Below, piece after piece: positions 9,257-17,304 of a DNA stretch of 64,000 nucleotides (its first letter is position 1; every line of letters begins with the position of its first letter). The notes under the pieces are model-generated. The model made no database searches and had not been told where the DNA came from. It was given only the letters and a program-made list of their open reading frames with translations. The stretch is from Solirubrobacterales bacterium. Lineage in GTDB: Bacteria; Actinomycetota; Thermoleophilia; Solirubrobacterales; 70-9. Location: the NCBI GenBank assembly GCA_045805765.1, contig JBJMKN010000066.1, forward strand, positions 1,377-65,376, read 5' to 3'. Made by a program: the position numbers and the translations under genes.

Positions 9257-10015
9257 GTGTCTTGGGTTGAGACCGAGTCCCTGAGCTTTACCGCCAGGCA
9301 CGACTCCGACGACTCCGCCTATGCCGAGCGGACGCTGGACCGGCTCGAGCACCTGCGGCTGCGGCTCGAAGACCGCTTCGAGACAGTGCCGGAGGAGGTG
9401 ACGATCGTCGTCCACACCAACCCGCTCTGGCTGACGGCGGCCCACCCGTTCCTCCCCGCGGCCCGCTGGTCGGCCGCCCCCGCCGGCCGCCGCTACCTCG
9501 CCGGCTGGCCGATGTCGACCGAGCTCCACGTCCTCAACGACCCCCACATGGAACGCCGCGCCGCCGGCGACGACTCCTACGAAGCGCTGCGGGGAACCGC
9601 CGAGCGCCTCTACGCGCAGATGGTCGTCGCCGCCAACAACACCGCCCTCCCCCCCTCCTGGACGCCGCGGCGGTTCGCCCGCTACCTGCGCTGGGCCTGG
9701 CTGGTCGAAGGCGGCGCCCAGTACTTCTCCCGCCAGGTCGGCCTCTACCGGGCGGCGACGATCCGGCGCCTGCGCGAGAGCTCCCGCCCCTCCTTCCCGC
9801 CCTCGCGCCGCGACGCCGTCATCCTCGGCGGCACGATCTTCGACCTGCTCGAGAACGAACGCGGGCCCGAGGCCTGCGAGCGCCTCGTCGCCAAGCTGCT
9901 CCCCCAGGGCCCCGAGGTCCAGCTCGAAGACGCCTTCGACGCCCGCTTCCGTGACATCGAAGACGCCTGGCGCGACTACCTGCGCGAGATGGTCCGAGGC
10001 CCGGTCGCGGTCTAG
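9257..10015 (+). CDS. Hypothetical protein (possibly a degenerate MA-clan peptidase-like fold; no HExxH)
   Basis: ORF track with a GTG start 30 nt after the DUF1802 gene and GC3-rich codons. WLVEGGAQYFSRQ resembles the Glu-containing third-ligand helix of peptidase-MA-like proteins, but I see no HExxH. Confidence 0.55.
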   Translation: MSWVETESLSFTARHDSDDSAYAERTLDRLEHLRLRLEDRFETVPEEVTIVVHTNPLWLTAAHPFLPAARWSAAPAGRRYLAGWPMSTELHVLNDPHMERRAAGDDSYEALRGTAERLYAQMVVAANNTALPPSWTPRRFARYLRWAWLVEGGAQYFSRQVGLYRAATIRRLRESSRPSFPPSRRDAVILGGTIFDLLENERGPEACERLVAKLLPQGPEVQLEDAFDARFRDIEDAWRDYLREMVRGPVAV

Positions 10016-10425
10016 AAGAGCTTGCCTTCGCGCAAAAGCGCGTACAAGGCATAGACCAACAGCATCAGCGCGATGGTCGCTGCCGAGACGGCGAAGATCC
10101 GGACGTAGGCGCCGATCAACCCGTACCTGCGAGGGCCAAATCCGCCTTCGGCCTCTTCGAGGTACCTGGCGTTCACGGGTTCCGGTGCTTCCTGTTCACC
10201 TTCGGTCTCCGCTTCGGCCAGGATCGCCCGCGCCTCCTCGGCCCGGTGCGCGTGCACCATCACCCGTCGCGTCCCGCCGGGGTTGAGGAGACCGCTCCCG
10301 AGCTGCCGCCCGCTTGGGCCAATCTGCTCCTGGATGCTCGGAATCTCATATTCCTCCAGCAAGCCCTGGATCATCGCCGCCTGCACCTCGTCGCCGACGA
10401 AAGCGACCTCGACCAGATCGGCCAT
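10012..10425 (-). CDS. DUF2007-like (putative signal-transducing, PII-like fold) domain protein with C-terminal TM helix
   Basis: ORF track. MADLVEVAFVGDEVQAAMIQGLLEEYEIPS...VMVHAHRAEEARAIL, then a hydrophobic tail IGAYVRIFAVSAATIALMLLVYALYALL. It is a paralogue of the upstream gene. Confidence 0.65.
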   Translation of the reverse strand: MADLVEVAFVGDEVQAAMIQGLLEEYEIPSIQEQIGPSGRQLGSGLLNPGGTRRVMVHAHRAEEARAILAEAETEGEQEAPEPVNARYLEEAEGGFGPRRYGLIGAYVRIFAVSAATIALMLLVYALYALLREGKLF

Positions 10426-10429
10426 TGCT

Positions 10430-10909
10430 TTAGGTCGCCTGGTAGAGCAGCCAGATCAGGAGGAAGCCGGCAAGGACCGCGGCGATCAGCCAGAAGGCAA
10501 GACGGCCGGCCGAGGTGACGCCGGTCTCGCCGCGGGCGAGGCGCCTTTCCTCTTCCATCTCCGTCGCCTCGTCATTCTCGTCCTCGATCATCACGTCGGC
10601 GAGGACCTCGCGGGCGCGCTTGGCGCTGTCAGCCCGGACGAGGACGTCGCGCGGGCCGTTGGGGAGGAACTCGGGGTTGTCGAAGCCGCCGCTGCGCTTC
10701 AGCATCGAGGGGATCCCCGCCTCGGTCAGCAGCCCCTGCAGCATCTCCGCCTCCGGCTGGGTGCGGGCGAAGGCGACCTTGACCATCCGCTCGCCGTTGC
10801 CGCCGCCCCCTCCGCCGCCGCCCTCGTCGCCGCCGCCGGAATCGCCGCCGCCGTGGGCGCCGCGGGCGTGACGGGTCGGCTTCGGCCTATGCGACGTCGA
10901 GCTCGACAT
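10430..10909 (-). CDS. DUF2007-like domain protein with C-terminal TM helix (poly-Gly N-terminal extension uncertain)
   Basis: ORF track. MVKVAFARTQPEAEMLQGLLTEAGIPS...VLVRADSAKRAREVL, then LAFWLIAAVLAGFLLIWLLY. ATG 10909 overlaps the mec 3' end by 23 nt. The alternative start at 10786 (MVKVAF) aligns with the paralogue N-terminus. Confidence 0.65.
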   Translation of the reverse strand: MSSSTSHRPKPTRHARGAHGGGDSGGGDEGGGGGGGGNGERMVKVAFARTQPEAEMLQGLLTEAGIPSMLKRSGGFDNPEFLPNGPRDVLVRADSAKRAREVLADVMIEDENDEATEMEEERRLARGETGVTSAGRLAFWLIAAVLAGFLLIWLLYQAT

Positions 10910-11285
10910 CGGCGATCTTCAGGTCGGCGAGGTCGTACGCCTTCACGTCCGGAGCCTCTTCGTTCTCCAGCGAGACGATCACATAGGCCTGTTCCGGCCA
11001 CATCCGCGCCTCGTTGACGTCGGTCTGCGAGGGGTAGGCAGCGCTGCGGGTATGCGAGTGGTAGATCCCGATCAGCTCTTCGTCGGCGTCTTCGATCGCC
11101 TTCAGCGCGTCGTACTGCCCCTGCGGGTCCATCTCGTAGCGAAGCGGGCTGGCGGCGGCGTTCTCGACCCGCACCACCCGCGTCGCCTCCCCGTCGCGCC
11201 CGCCGATCATCCCGCAGCACTCGTTCGGCAGGTCCTCGCGCGCGTGCGCGACCATCTCGTCGATCAAGGACTGGGAGATCTTCAT
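10887..11285 (-). CDS. mec: JAMM/MPN+ metalloprotease, Mec-type (CysO C-terminal hydrolase)
   Basis: ORF track. It has ECCGMIGG and the JAMM motif HSHTRSAAYPSQTD (H-x-H-x7-S-x2-D). It lies directly downstream of cysM. Confidence 0.85.
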   Translation of the reverse strand: MKISQSLIDEMVAHAREDLPNECCGMIGGRDGEATRVVRVENAAASPLRYEMDPQGQYDALKAIEDADEELIGIYHSHTRSAAYPSQTDVNEARMWPEQAYVIVSLENEEAPDVKAYDLADLKIADVELDVA

Positions 11286-11307
11286 CGGTCGGACTCTACG
11301 ACGGGAT

Positions 11308-12273
11308 TTACCACCAGACGGTGGAATCCAGATTTTCGATCTCCTCGATCGGCTTGGTGTAGACGCCGGAGGAGAGGTACTTCCAGCCGTCGTCGGGGAT
11401 CAGGAAGACGACGTTGCCGGACTCGAGCTCACCGGCGATGCGGGCGGCGATCGCGGCGATCGCGCCGCCGGAGACGCCGGCGAAGATGCCCTCCTCGTCG
11501 AGCAGCTTCTTGGTCCAGACGATCGCGTCGCGGTTGTCGACCATGATCTTGCGGTCGAAGAGGGAGATGTCGATGATCGGCGGGATGAAGCCGTCGTCGA
11601 GGGAGCGCAGGCCTTGGACGAGCTCCCCCTGTTTCGGCTCTGCGGCGACGATCAGCGTCTCGGGATTCGCCTCCTTGAAGCGGCGGCCGTTGCCCATCAG
11701 GGTGCCGCCGGTGCCGAGGCCGCCGACGAAAGCGGTCACCTCGTCGAGCTCTTCGAGGATCTCGACCGCGGTGCCGTTGTAGTGGGCGAGCGGGTTGGCC
11801 TCGTTGCCGTACTGGTAGGGCATGTAGTAGCCGGGGTCCTGAGACATCTCCAGCGCCACCTCGACGGCGCCGTTGGAGCCCTTGGCGCCCTCCGAGTAGA
11901 CGATCTCCGCCCCGTACATGCGCAGCAGCTGGGTCCGCTCCTCGGTGACGTTGTCGGGCATCACCACCTTCAGCGGGTAGCCCTTGCGGCGACAGATCAT
12001 CGCCAGAGCGATGCCGGTGTTGCCGGAGGTCGGTTCGAGGATCGTGTGGCCCGGTTCGATGGCCCCTTCGGCCTCAGCCGCCTCGATCATCGATTTCGCG
12101 ACCCGGTCCTTGACCGAGCCGGTCGGGTTGTGGCCCTCGAGCTTCGCGTAGATGCGGACGTCCGGCTTCGGCGAGAGCCGCGGCAGCTCGACCAGCGGCG
12201 TGTTGCCGATCGATTCGACGATGTTGCCGAACCGGCCTCCGCAGGGTTTGTTGAGTAGTTGCTCTCGCGCCAT
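11308..12273 (-). CDS. cysM: Cysteine synthase B-type PLP enzyme (CysM, O-phosphoserine/CysO-thiocarboxylate dependent type inferred from context)
   Basis: ORF track. IGNTPLVELPRLSP, LEGHNPTGSVKDR (PLP lysine), SGNTGIALA and GGLGTGGTL. Confidence 0.9.
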   Translation of the reverse strand: MAREQLLNKPCGGRFGNIVESIGNTPLVELPRLSPKPDVRIYAKLEGHNPTGSVKDRVAKSMIEAAEAEGAIEPGHTILEPTSGNTGIALAMICRRKGYPLKVVMPDNVTEERTQLLRMYGAEIVYSEGAKGSNGAVEVALEMSQDPGYYMPYQYGNEANPLAHYNGTAVEILEELDEVTAFVGGLGTGGTLMGNGRRFKEANPETLIVAAEPKQGELVQGLRSLDDGFIPPIIDISLFDRKIMVDNRDAIVWTKKLLDEEGIFAGVSGGAIAAIAARIAGELESGNVVFLIPDDGWKYLSSGVYTKPIEEIENLDSTVWW

Positions 12274-12408
12274 GGTCGCCCTTACTTCAGAAAGTGTAGC
12301 GGCGGTCTGGCAACCGCTTGTTCCCGTTTAGAAAGCTCGTGTAACGGAGATGCAACGTCCCAGCATGTATATCTACGTGCGTCTGCCCACTCGATCGGAG
12401 GAGTTTCG

Positions 12409-13236
12409 ATGAGAACGACCCGGCTGACCGCGCTCTTGGCGGTCTTCCTTCTGGCCCTCGCCTCGCTCGCGGTTGCGGGCTGCGGGAGCAGCGATGACGA
12501 CACCACCGGCGGTGGTGGCGGAGGAGGCGGTGGCGGCGAGCCGCTGACCGTCGGTTCGGACATCCCCTATCCGCCTTTCGAGCAAGGGAAACCCGGCAAC
12601 TACACCGGCTTCGACGTCGAACTGCTGGAAGCGGTCGGCGAGAACATCGGTCGTCCGGTCGAGTTCGAAGACACGTCCTTCGACACGATCTTCCTCGACC
12701 TCGCCCGCGGCAACTTCGACGTCGTCGCCTCGGCCGCGACGATCACCGACGAACGCGAGAAAACGGTCGACTTCACCAACCCGTACTACATCTCCGAACA
12801 GGCGATCCTGGTCAAAGAAGGCGGCGAAATCGACTCGGTCGAGAAACTGAGCGGGGCGACGGTCGGCGTCCAGCAGGGCACGACCGGGCAGGAATTCGTC
12901 GAAGAAGAGGGTGACGCCGGCGACCTGCGCAAATACCCGCAGGGGCCCGACGCGGTTGGCGCTCTCCAGAACGGCACGGTCGACGCGGTGGTGATCGACA
13001 TCCCGGTCGCCGAAAACGCGGAAGCCGCCGGCAACGGGGTCGAAATCTCCGCCGCGATCCCGACCGAAGAAGAATATGGATTTGCCGTCAAACAGGGGGA
13101 AGCCGAACTGCTGGAAGAACTGAACGAAGGTCTCAAGGAAGCGATAGACGACGGGACCTACGCCAAGCTCTACGAACAGTGGTTCAAACACGAGCCGCCG
13201 AAGGAAATCGAGACCGCGACCCACAAAGCAACCTGA
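12409..13236 (+). CDS. Polar amino-acid ABC transporter substrate-binding lipoprotein (family 3 SBP)
   Basis: ORF 12259..13236 trimmed to ATG 12409, which follows GGAGGAG. It has a lipoprotein signal MRTTRLTALLAVFLLALASLAVAGC and a poly-Gly linker, followed by LTVGSDIPYPPFE...GFDVELLEAVG...DVVASAATITDEREKTVDFTNPYY. Confidence 0.85.
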   Translation: MRTTRLTALLAVFLLALASLAVAGCGSSDDDTTGGGGGGGGGGEPLTVGSDIPYPPFEQGKPGNYTGFDVELLEAVGENIGRPVEFEDTSFDTIFLDLARGNFDVVASAATITDEREKTVDFTNPYYISEQAILVKEGGEIDSVEKLSGATVGVQQGTTGQEFVEEEGDAGDLRKYPQGPDAVGALQNGTVDAVVIDIPVAENAEAAGNGVEISAAIPTEEEYGFAVKQGEAELLEELNEGLKEAIDDGTYAKLYEQWFKHEPPKEIETATHKAT

Positions 13237-13256
13237 TCCAGAGCAGAGGATCTGAT

Positions 13257-13284
13257 GAAGGGGCGCCGGCGACGGCGCCCCTTC
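13257..13284 (+). terminator. Stem-loop between the SBP and permease genes (attenuating terminator-like)
   Basis: GAAGGGGCGCCG-gcga-CGGCGCCCCTTC followed by tct. It sits 20 nt after the SBP stop and before the permease ATG at 13302. Confidence 0.5.
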
Positions 13285-13301
13285 TCTACGTTTAGGACTC
13301 A

Positions 13302-14048
13302 ATGGAAGAGTTCATCAAGCAATTCTTCGACGTCGGCTTCATGGTCGACCACTTCGACGAAGTGCTGGACGGCTTCTGGATCACGACGCAGCTCGCCGTC
13401 CTCAGCGGCATCCTCGCGCTGATCTGGGGCTTGATCCTCGCCACCCTGAGGCAGCTGCCCGGCAAACCGCTGATGCCCGTCCGCTTCCTGACGATCGCCT
13501 ACATCGACGTCTTCCGCGGCATCCCGCTGCTGATGCTGATCCTCCTCATCGCCGGCGGCGTCCCCGCGCTTGAATTCCTGCCCGAGTCGCTCCGCCTTCC
13601 GCAGTGGTTCGGCAAACCGGACAGCTTCTGGTTCGGCGTGCTGGCGATCACGATCACCTACGGCGCCTACATGGCCGAGGTCTACCGCTCCGGCATCGAG
13701 TCTGTTCCGGGCGGTCAGATGGAGGCCGCGCGCTCCCTCGGCATGAGCCACGGCCAGGCGATGAGGAACGTGATCCTGCCGCAGGCGGTACGGAAGGTGA
13801 TCGCGCCGCTGCTCAACGACTTCATCGCCCTGACCAAGGACACGACCCTGGTCAGCTTCATCGCCCTCAACGAGGTGACGCTCGTCGCCAGCGACATCCA
13901 GTCGGAAACCTTTAACAGCTCGGCGCTGACGCTGGGGGCGATCATGTTCCTCGTCGTCACCCTCCCCCTCGCCCGCCTGGTCGACAAACTGATCTCCCGC
14001 GAGCAGGGGCGCTTCACGCGCGGCGCTCCCCGGGTCGAGGCGCTGTGA
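13302..14048 (+). CDS. Polar amino-acid ABC transporter permease
   Basis: ORF track, multi-TM. The EAA-loop region [38 protein letters not shown] is typical of the HisM/GlnP family. Confidence 0.9.
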   Translation: MEEFIKQFFDVGFMVDHFDEVLDGFWITTQLAVLSGILALIWGLILATLRQLPGKPLMPVRFLTIAYIDVFRGIPLLMLILLIAGGVPALEFLPESLRLPQWFGKPDSFWFGVLAITITYGAYMAEVYRSGIESVPGGQMEAARSLGMSHGQAMRNVILPQAVRKVIAPLLNDFIALTKDTTLVSFIALNEVTLVASDIQSETFNSSALTLGAIMFLVVTLPLARLVDKLISREQGRFTRGAPRVEAL

Positions 14049-14821
14049 TGGAGGCCGGCGGCGGCTCGATGCTGAGCCTGCGGGGCGTCTGCAAGCGCTT
14101 CGGAGACCTCGAGGTCCTGCGCGGCGTCGACCTCGAGATCAAGAAGGGCGAGGTGGTCTGCGTCCTCGGGCCGAGCGGCTCCGGCAAGAGCACCCTGCTG
14201 CGCTGCGTCAACCTGCTCGAGCCCCCCGAGGAGGGCGACATCCACCTAGAAGAGCGCAGCATCTGCCGCGGGCCCGGCTCGGGCAGCGGCGAGCAGGGCT
14301 GGGAGCTTGACTTCGTCCGCCAGCGGGTCGGGATCGTCTTCCAGCAGTTCAACCTCTTCCCCCACCGCACGGCGCTGCAGAACGTGACGATGGCGCAGGA
14401 AAAGGTTCTTGGCCGCTCCTCCACCGAGGCGAAGGCGAAGGGGAACGAGCTGCTCGAGCGCGTCGGCCTCGGCGACAAGCTGAACGAGTACCCCGAACGC
14501 CTCTCCGGCGGCCAGCAGCAGCGGGTCGCGATCGCCCGGGCGCTGGCGATGGACCCGCACGTGATGCTCTTCGACGAGGTCACCAGCGCGCTGGACCCCG
14601 AGCTGGTGAAGGAGGTCCTCGACGTGATGCGGGAGCTGGCAGAGGAAGGGATGACGATGATCGTCGTCACCCATGAGATCGGGTTCGCCCGCGAGGTCGC
14701 CGACCGCGTCGTCTTCATGGACGGCGGCGTCATCGTCGAGGAGGGGGCGCCTGCGCAGGTGCTGGAGAACCCGCGCGAGGAGCGGACCAAGCAGTTTCTG
14801 GGCTTGGTCCTAGATCGCTGA
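14045..14821 (+). CDS. Polar amino-acid ABC transporter ATP-binding protein
   Basis: ORF track. Walker [10 protein letters not shown], signature [15 protein letters not shown], Walker [12 protein letters not shown] and H-loop VVTHE. Its start overlaps the permease stop. Confidence 0.9.
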   Translation: MMEAGGGSMLSLRGVCKRFGDLEVLRGVDLEIKKGEVVCVLGPSGSGKSTLLRCVNLLEPPEEGDIHLEERSICRGPGSGSGEQGWELDFVRQRVGIVFQQFNLFPHRTALQNVTMAQEKVLGRSSTEAKAKGNELLERVGLGDKLNEYPERLSGGQQQRVAIARALAMDPHVMLFDEVTSALDPELVKEVLDVMRELAEEGMTMIVVTHEIGFAREVADRVVFMDGGVIVEEGAPAQVLENPREERTKQFLGLVLDR

Positions 14822-14825
14822 GACG

Positions 14826-15104
14826 CTAGGAGGCGCCGCCGGCCATCGCCGGCAAGATGACGACGTTGTCGCCGTCTTTGACCGCGGTCTCGAGGCCCTG
14901 GAGCACCCGCACGTCCTCGTCGTTGAGGTAGACGTTGACGTAGCGGTTGAGCTCACCGTCCTCGCCGAAGAGCTGGGACTGGGTGTCCGGGAACTCGCCG
15001 GTCAGCGAGCGTAGGACCTCGCCGACGTCGGAGCCGCCGGCCTCGACCTCGGCCTGACCACCCGTTTTCGGGCGCAGCACCGGGGGGATTCGAACAGTCG
15101 CCAT
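14826..15104 (-). CDS. cysO: MoaD/ThiS-family sulfur-carrier protein (CysO-like) with a two-residue extension after the Gly-Gly
   Basis: ORF track. 92 aa, beta-grasp-like sequence (MATVRIPPVLRPKTGGQAEVEAGGSDVGEVL...YVNVYLNDEDV...GDNVVILPAMAGGAS). The C-terminus, verified codon by codon, is ...M-A-G-G-A-S-stop. The gene lies 16 nt downstream of moeZ. Confidence 0.8.
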   Translation of the reverse strand: MATVRIPPVLRPKTGGQAEVEAGGSDVGEVLRSLTGEFPDTQSQLFGEDGELNRYVNVYLNDEDVRVLQGLETAVKDGDNVVILPAMAGGAS

Positions 15105-15120
15105 CGAGCGGTGATCCTAC

Positions 15121-16308
15121 CTAGGCGATCGACTGCCTGTCGCCGCCGGCTCCGGCGCAGAATGCGTCGTAGTCGGGGAACTGGCCCATCTCTGACTCGG
15201 GGATCTCCTCGGCGTTCTCGCCGCAGATCGGGCACTCGGGGTCGCGGCGGACTTTCAGCTCGGTGAAGCGGGTGCCGAGCGCCTCGTAGAGGAGCAGGCG
15301 GCCGATCAGCGGCTCTCCCTTGCCGAGGACGAGCTTGATCACCTCGTTGGCCTGCAGCGTGCCCATCGTTCCCGCCATCACCCCGAGCACCCCGTTGGCG
15401 GAGCAGCTCGGCGCCAGCTCGGCCGGCGGCGGCGTCGGGTAGAGGCAGCGGTAGCAGGGGCCCTCGAAGGGGACAAAGGTCGAGATCTGCCCGTCGAAGC
15501 CGAGGATCGAGGCGGAGACGACCGGCTTTTTCAGCCGCACCGAGGCGTCGTTCAGCAGGTAGCGCGTCGGGAAGTTGTCGGCGCCGTCGACGACGATGTC
15601 GTAGTCCTCCATCACCTCGAGGATGTTGCTCGCGTCGAGGCGGCCGTTGTGCTCGACGACCTTGACATCAGGGTTCAACCCTTCGATGAAGATGCGGGCC
15701 GAGGTCGTCTTCGGCATTCCGATCCGCTCGGTGTTGTGGATCACCTGCCGCTGCAGATTGGAGGCGTCGACGACGTCGTCGTCGACGAGGCCGATCGTGC
15801 CGACGCCGGCGGCGGCGAGGTAGAGCGCGGTCGGGGCGCCGAGCCCGCCGGCGCCGAGCAGCAGCACCTTCGAGCTCAGCAACTTGACCTGGCCGTCGAC
15901 CCCCACCTCGGGCAGCAGCGTGTGGCGCGAGTAGCGCTCACGCTGCTCGGCGGTCATCCCGTGCGCGGCGACGACCGGCAGCCCCTGCTCCTGCCACTGG
16001 ACGATGCCGCCGCTCATCGAGGCGACGTTTTCGTAGCCGAGCCGCTGCAGCTGCGCGGCGGCGATCGCCGAGCGGTTGCCCGAGCGGCAGTAGAGGATCG
16101 TGCGGGCCGACTTGTCCGGCGCCGCGGTGGCGATTTCGTCGGCCAGCAGCCCCGGCGGCACCAGCTTGCCGTTCTCGAGGTGGGCCTCCTGGTACTCGTG
16201 CGGCTCGCGGGTGTCGATCAGGACGACGTCGCCGCCGTTGATCTCCTCGGCAGCCTCGAAGGGCTCGATCTCCTCGATCGTCTGTACGCGCTCGGTGTCG
16301 ATGGCCAT
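15121..16308 (-). CDS. moeZ: E1-like adenylyltransferase/sulfurtransferase (MoeZ/MoeB-ThiF family) with an N-terminal rhodanese domain
   Basis: ORF 15121..16347 trimmed to ATG 16308 (MAIDTERV), which is preceded by AGGGGA. The N-terminal rhodanese is VVLIDTREPHEYQEAHL...ILYCRSGNRSAIAA. The ThiF domain follows: RYSRHTLLPEVGVDGQVKLLSSKVLLLGAGGLGAP, with Zn Cys pairs CYRC and CPIC. Confidence 0.85.
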   Translation of the reverse strand: MAIDTERVQTIEEIEPFEAAEEINGGDVVLIDTREPHEYQEAHLENGKLVPPGLLADEIATAAPDKSARTILYCRSGNRSAIAAAQLQRLGYENVASMSGGIVQWQEQGLPVVAAHGMTAEQRERYSRHTLLPEVGVDGQVKLLSSKVLLLGAGGLGAPTALYLAAAGVGTIGLVDDDVVDASNLQRQVIHNTERIGMPKTTSARIFIEGLNPDVKVVEHNGRLDASNILEVMEDYDIVVDGADNFPTRYLLNDASVRLKKPVVSASILGFDGQISTFVPFEGPCYRCLYPTPPPAELAPSCSANGVLGVMAGTMGTLQANEVIKLVLGKGEPLIGRLLLYEALGTRFTELKVRRDPECPICGENAEEIPESEMGQFPDYDAFCAGAGGDRQSIA

Positions 16309-16388
16309 TTTCTGAAATCCCCTAATTCGGATCAGCTTTAACTTCAAAAAGTATAGCGCGAGTTGGTCGCCGGTTTTTGGAGCAAAGA

Positions 16389-16421
16389 AAAGCGGCCCCG
16401 GGAAGGATCCCGAGGCCGCTT
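16389..16421 (-). terminator. Intrinsic terminator-like hairpin downstream of htpX
   Basis: The minus strand reads AAGCGGCC-tcgggatccttcccgg-GGCCGCTT followed by TTCTTTG. It lies about 20 nt after the htpX stop. Confidence 0.5.
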
Positions 16422-16443
16422 GGCCTGGCCAGAAGCTGGTGCC

Positions 16444-17304
16444 CTAGCTGAAGCTGGGGCGCATCTGGCGCAGGCGGCGGACCCGCTCCTCGATCGGCGG
16501 GTGGGTCGAGAACAGAGCGGCCATCCCCTTGCCCGAGAAGGGCTTGACGATGTAGAGGGGCTCGGCTGCCTGGTTGACCTGCATCGGCATCGCCGTGGCG
16601 CCCTGCTCGAGTCGCAGCAGCGCGCTCGCCAGCGACTCCGGGTTGCCGCAGATTTCGGCACCGCCTGCGTCGGCCGCGTACTCGCGCTGGCGCGAGATCG
16701 AGAGCTGGATGATGCTCGCCGCGATCGGGGCCAGGAGAACCATCGCCAGCCCGGCCACGAGGCTGAGCGGGGAGTTGTCGTCGTTCCCGAACCACATGAA
16801 CATGTAGGCGAGGTAGGTGATCGCCGCGCCGATCGCCGAGGCAACCGACTGGATCAGGATGTCGCGGTTGCGGATGTGCGTCAGCTCGTGCGCGAGGACG
16901 CCGCGCAGCTCGTCCTCGGAGAGGAGCTTGGTGATCCCGCGGGTCACCGCCACGGCGGAGTGCTTCGGGTTGCGGCCGGTCGCGAAAGCGTTGGGCTGAT
17001 CCTGAGGGATCATGTAGAGGCGCGGCATCGGCAGGTCGGCGCGCGTGGTCAGTTCACGGACGATCTGGTAGAGCCGCGGCGCCTCCGACTCGTCGATCGG
17101 CTCGGCCCGGCTCATTTTCAGCGCCATCTTGTCGCTGAAGAAGTAGGCGAAGAAGTTGATCGCCAGGGCGATGAAGAGGAAGGTGAGCGCGGTGCTCGGC
17201 CCGCCGATCGCGGCGCCGATGACGACGAGAAGGCCACCGAGGGCGGCCATCAGGATCGTGGTCCGCAGCGTTGCGCCCCAGGTGGATTGCTTGGTGGTGG
17301 TCAT
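16444..17304 (-). CDS. htpX: Zinc metalloprotease HtpX (peptidase M48)
   Basis: ORF track. N-terminal TM helices, the HELTHIRNRD (HExxH) motif and C-terminal STHPPIEERV. Confidence 0.9.
   Translation of the reverse strand: MTTTKQSTWGATLRTTILMAALGGLLVVIGAAIGGPSTALTFLFIALAINFFAYFFSDKMALKMSRAEPIDESEAPRLYQIVRELTTRADLPMPRLYMIPQDQPNAFATGRNPKHSAVAVTRGITKLLSEDELRGVLAHELTHIRNRDILIQSVASAIGAAITYLAYMFMWFGNDDNSPLSLVAGLAMVLLAPIAASIIQLSISRQREYAADAGGAEICGNPESLASALLRLEQGATAMPMQVNQAAEPLYIVKPFSGKGMAALFSTHPPIEERVRRLRQMRPSFS

Noticed and set aside
12508-12537. GGC/GGT-rich simple repeats (also at about 10795-10850)
   Set aside because: They encode poly-Gly linkers, in the lipoprotein tether of the SBP and in the N-terminal region of a DUF2007 protein. 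They are not CRISPR-like or tandem non-coding repeats.
15086-15095. GGATTCGAAC, resembling the reverse complement of a tRNA T-arm
   Set aside because: It lies inside the first codons of cysO (ATG GCG ACT GTT CGA ATC CCC) and there is no surrounding cloverleaf potential. Coincidence.
16338-16349. 12-mer TTTGAAGTTAAA (minus strand) shared between the moeZ upstream region and the islet promoter (about 34616-34627)
   Set aside because: It is a single short AT-rich match in two of the few AT-rich spacers. Its position relative to the -10 differs (downstream of TATACT at moeZ, forming the -35 in the islet). Most likely chance; a genome-wide count would be needed to revisit.
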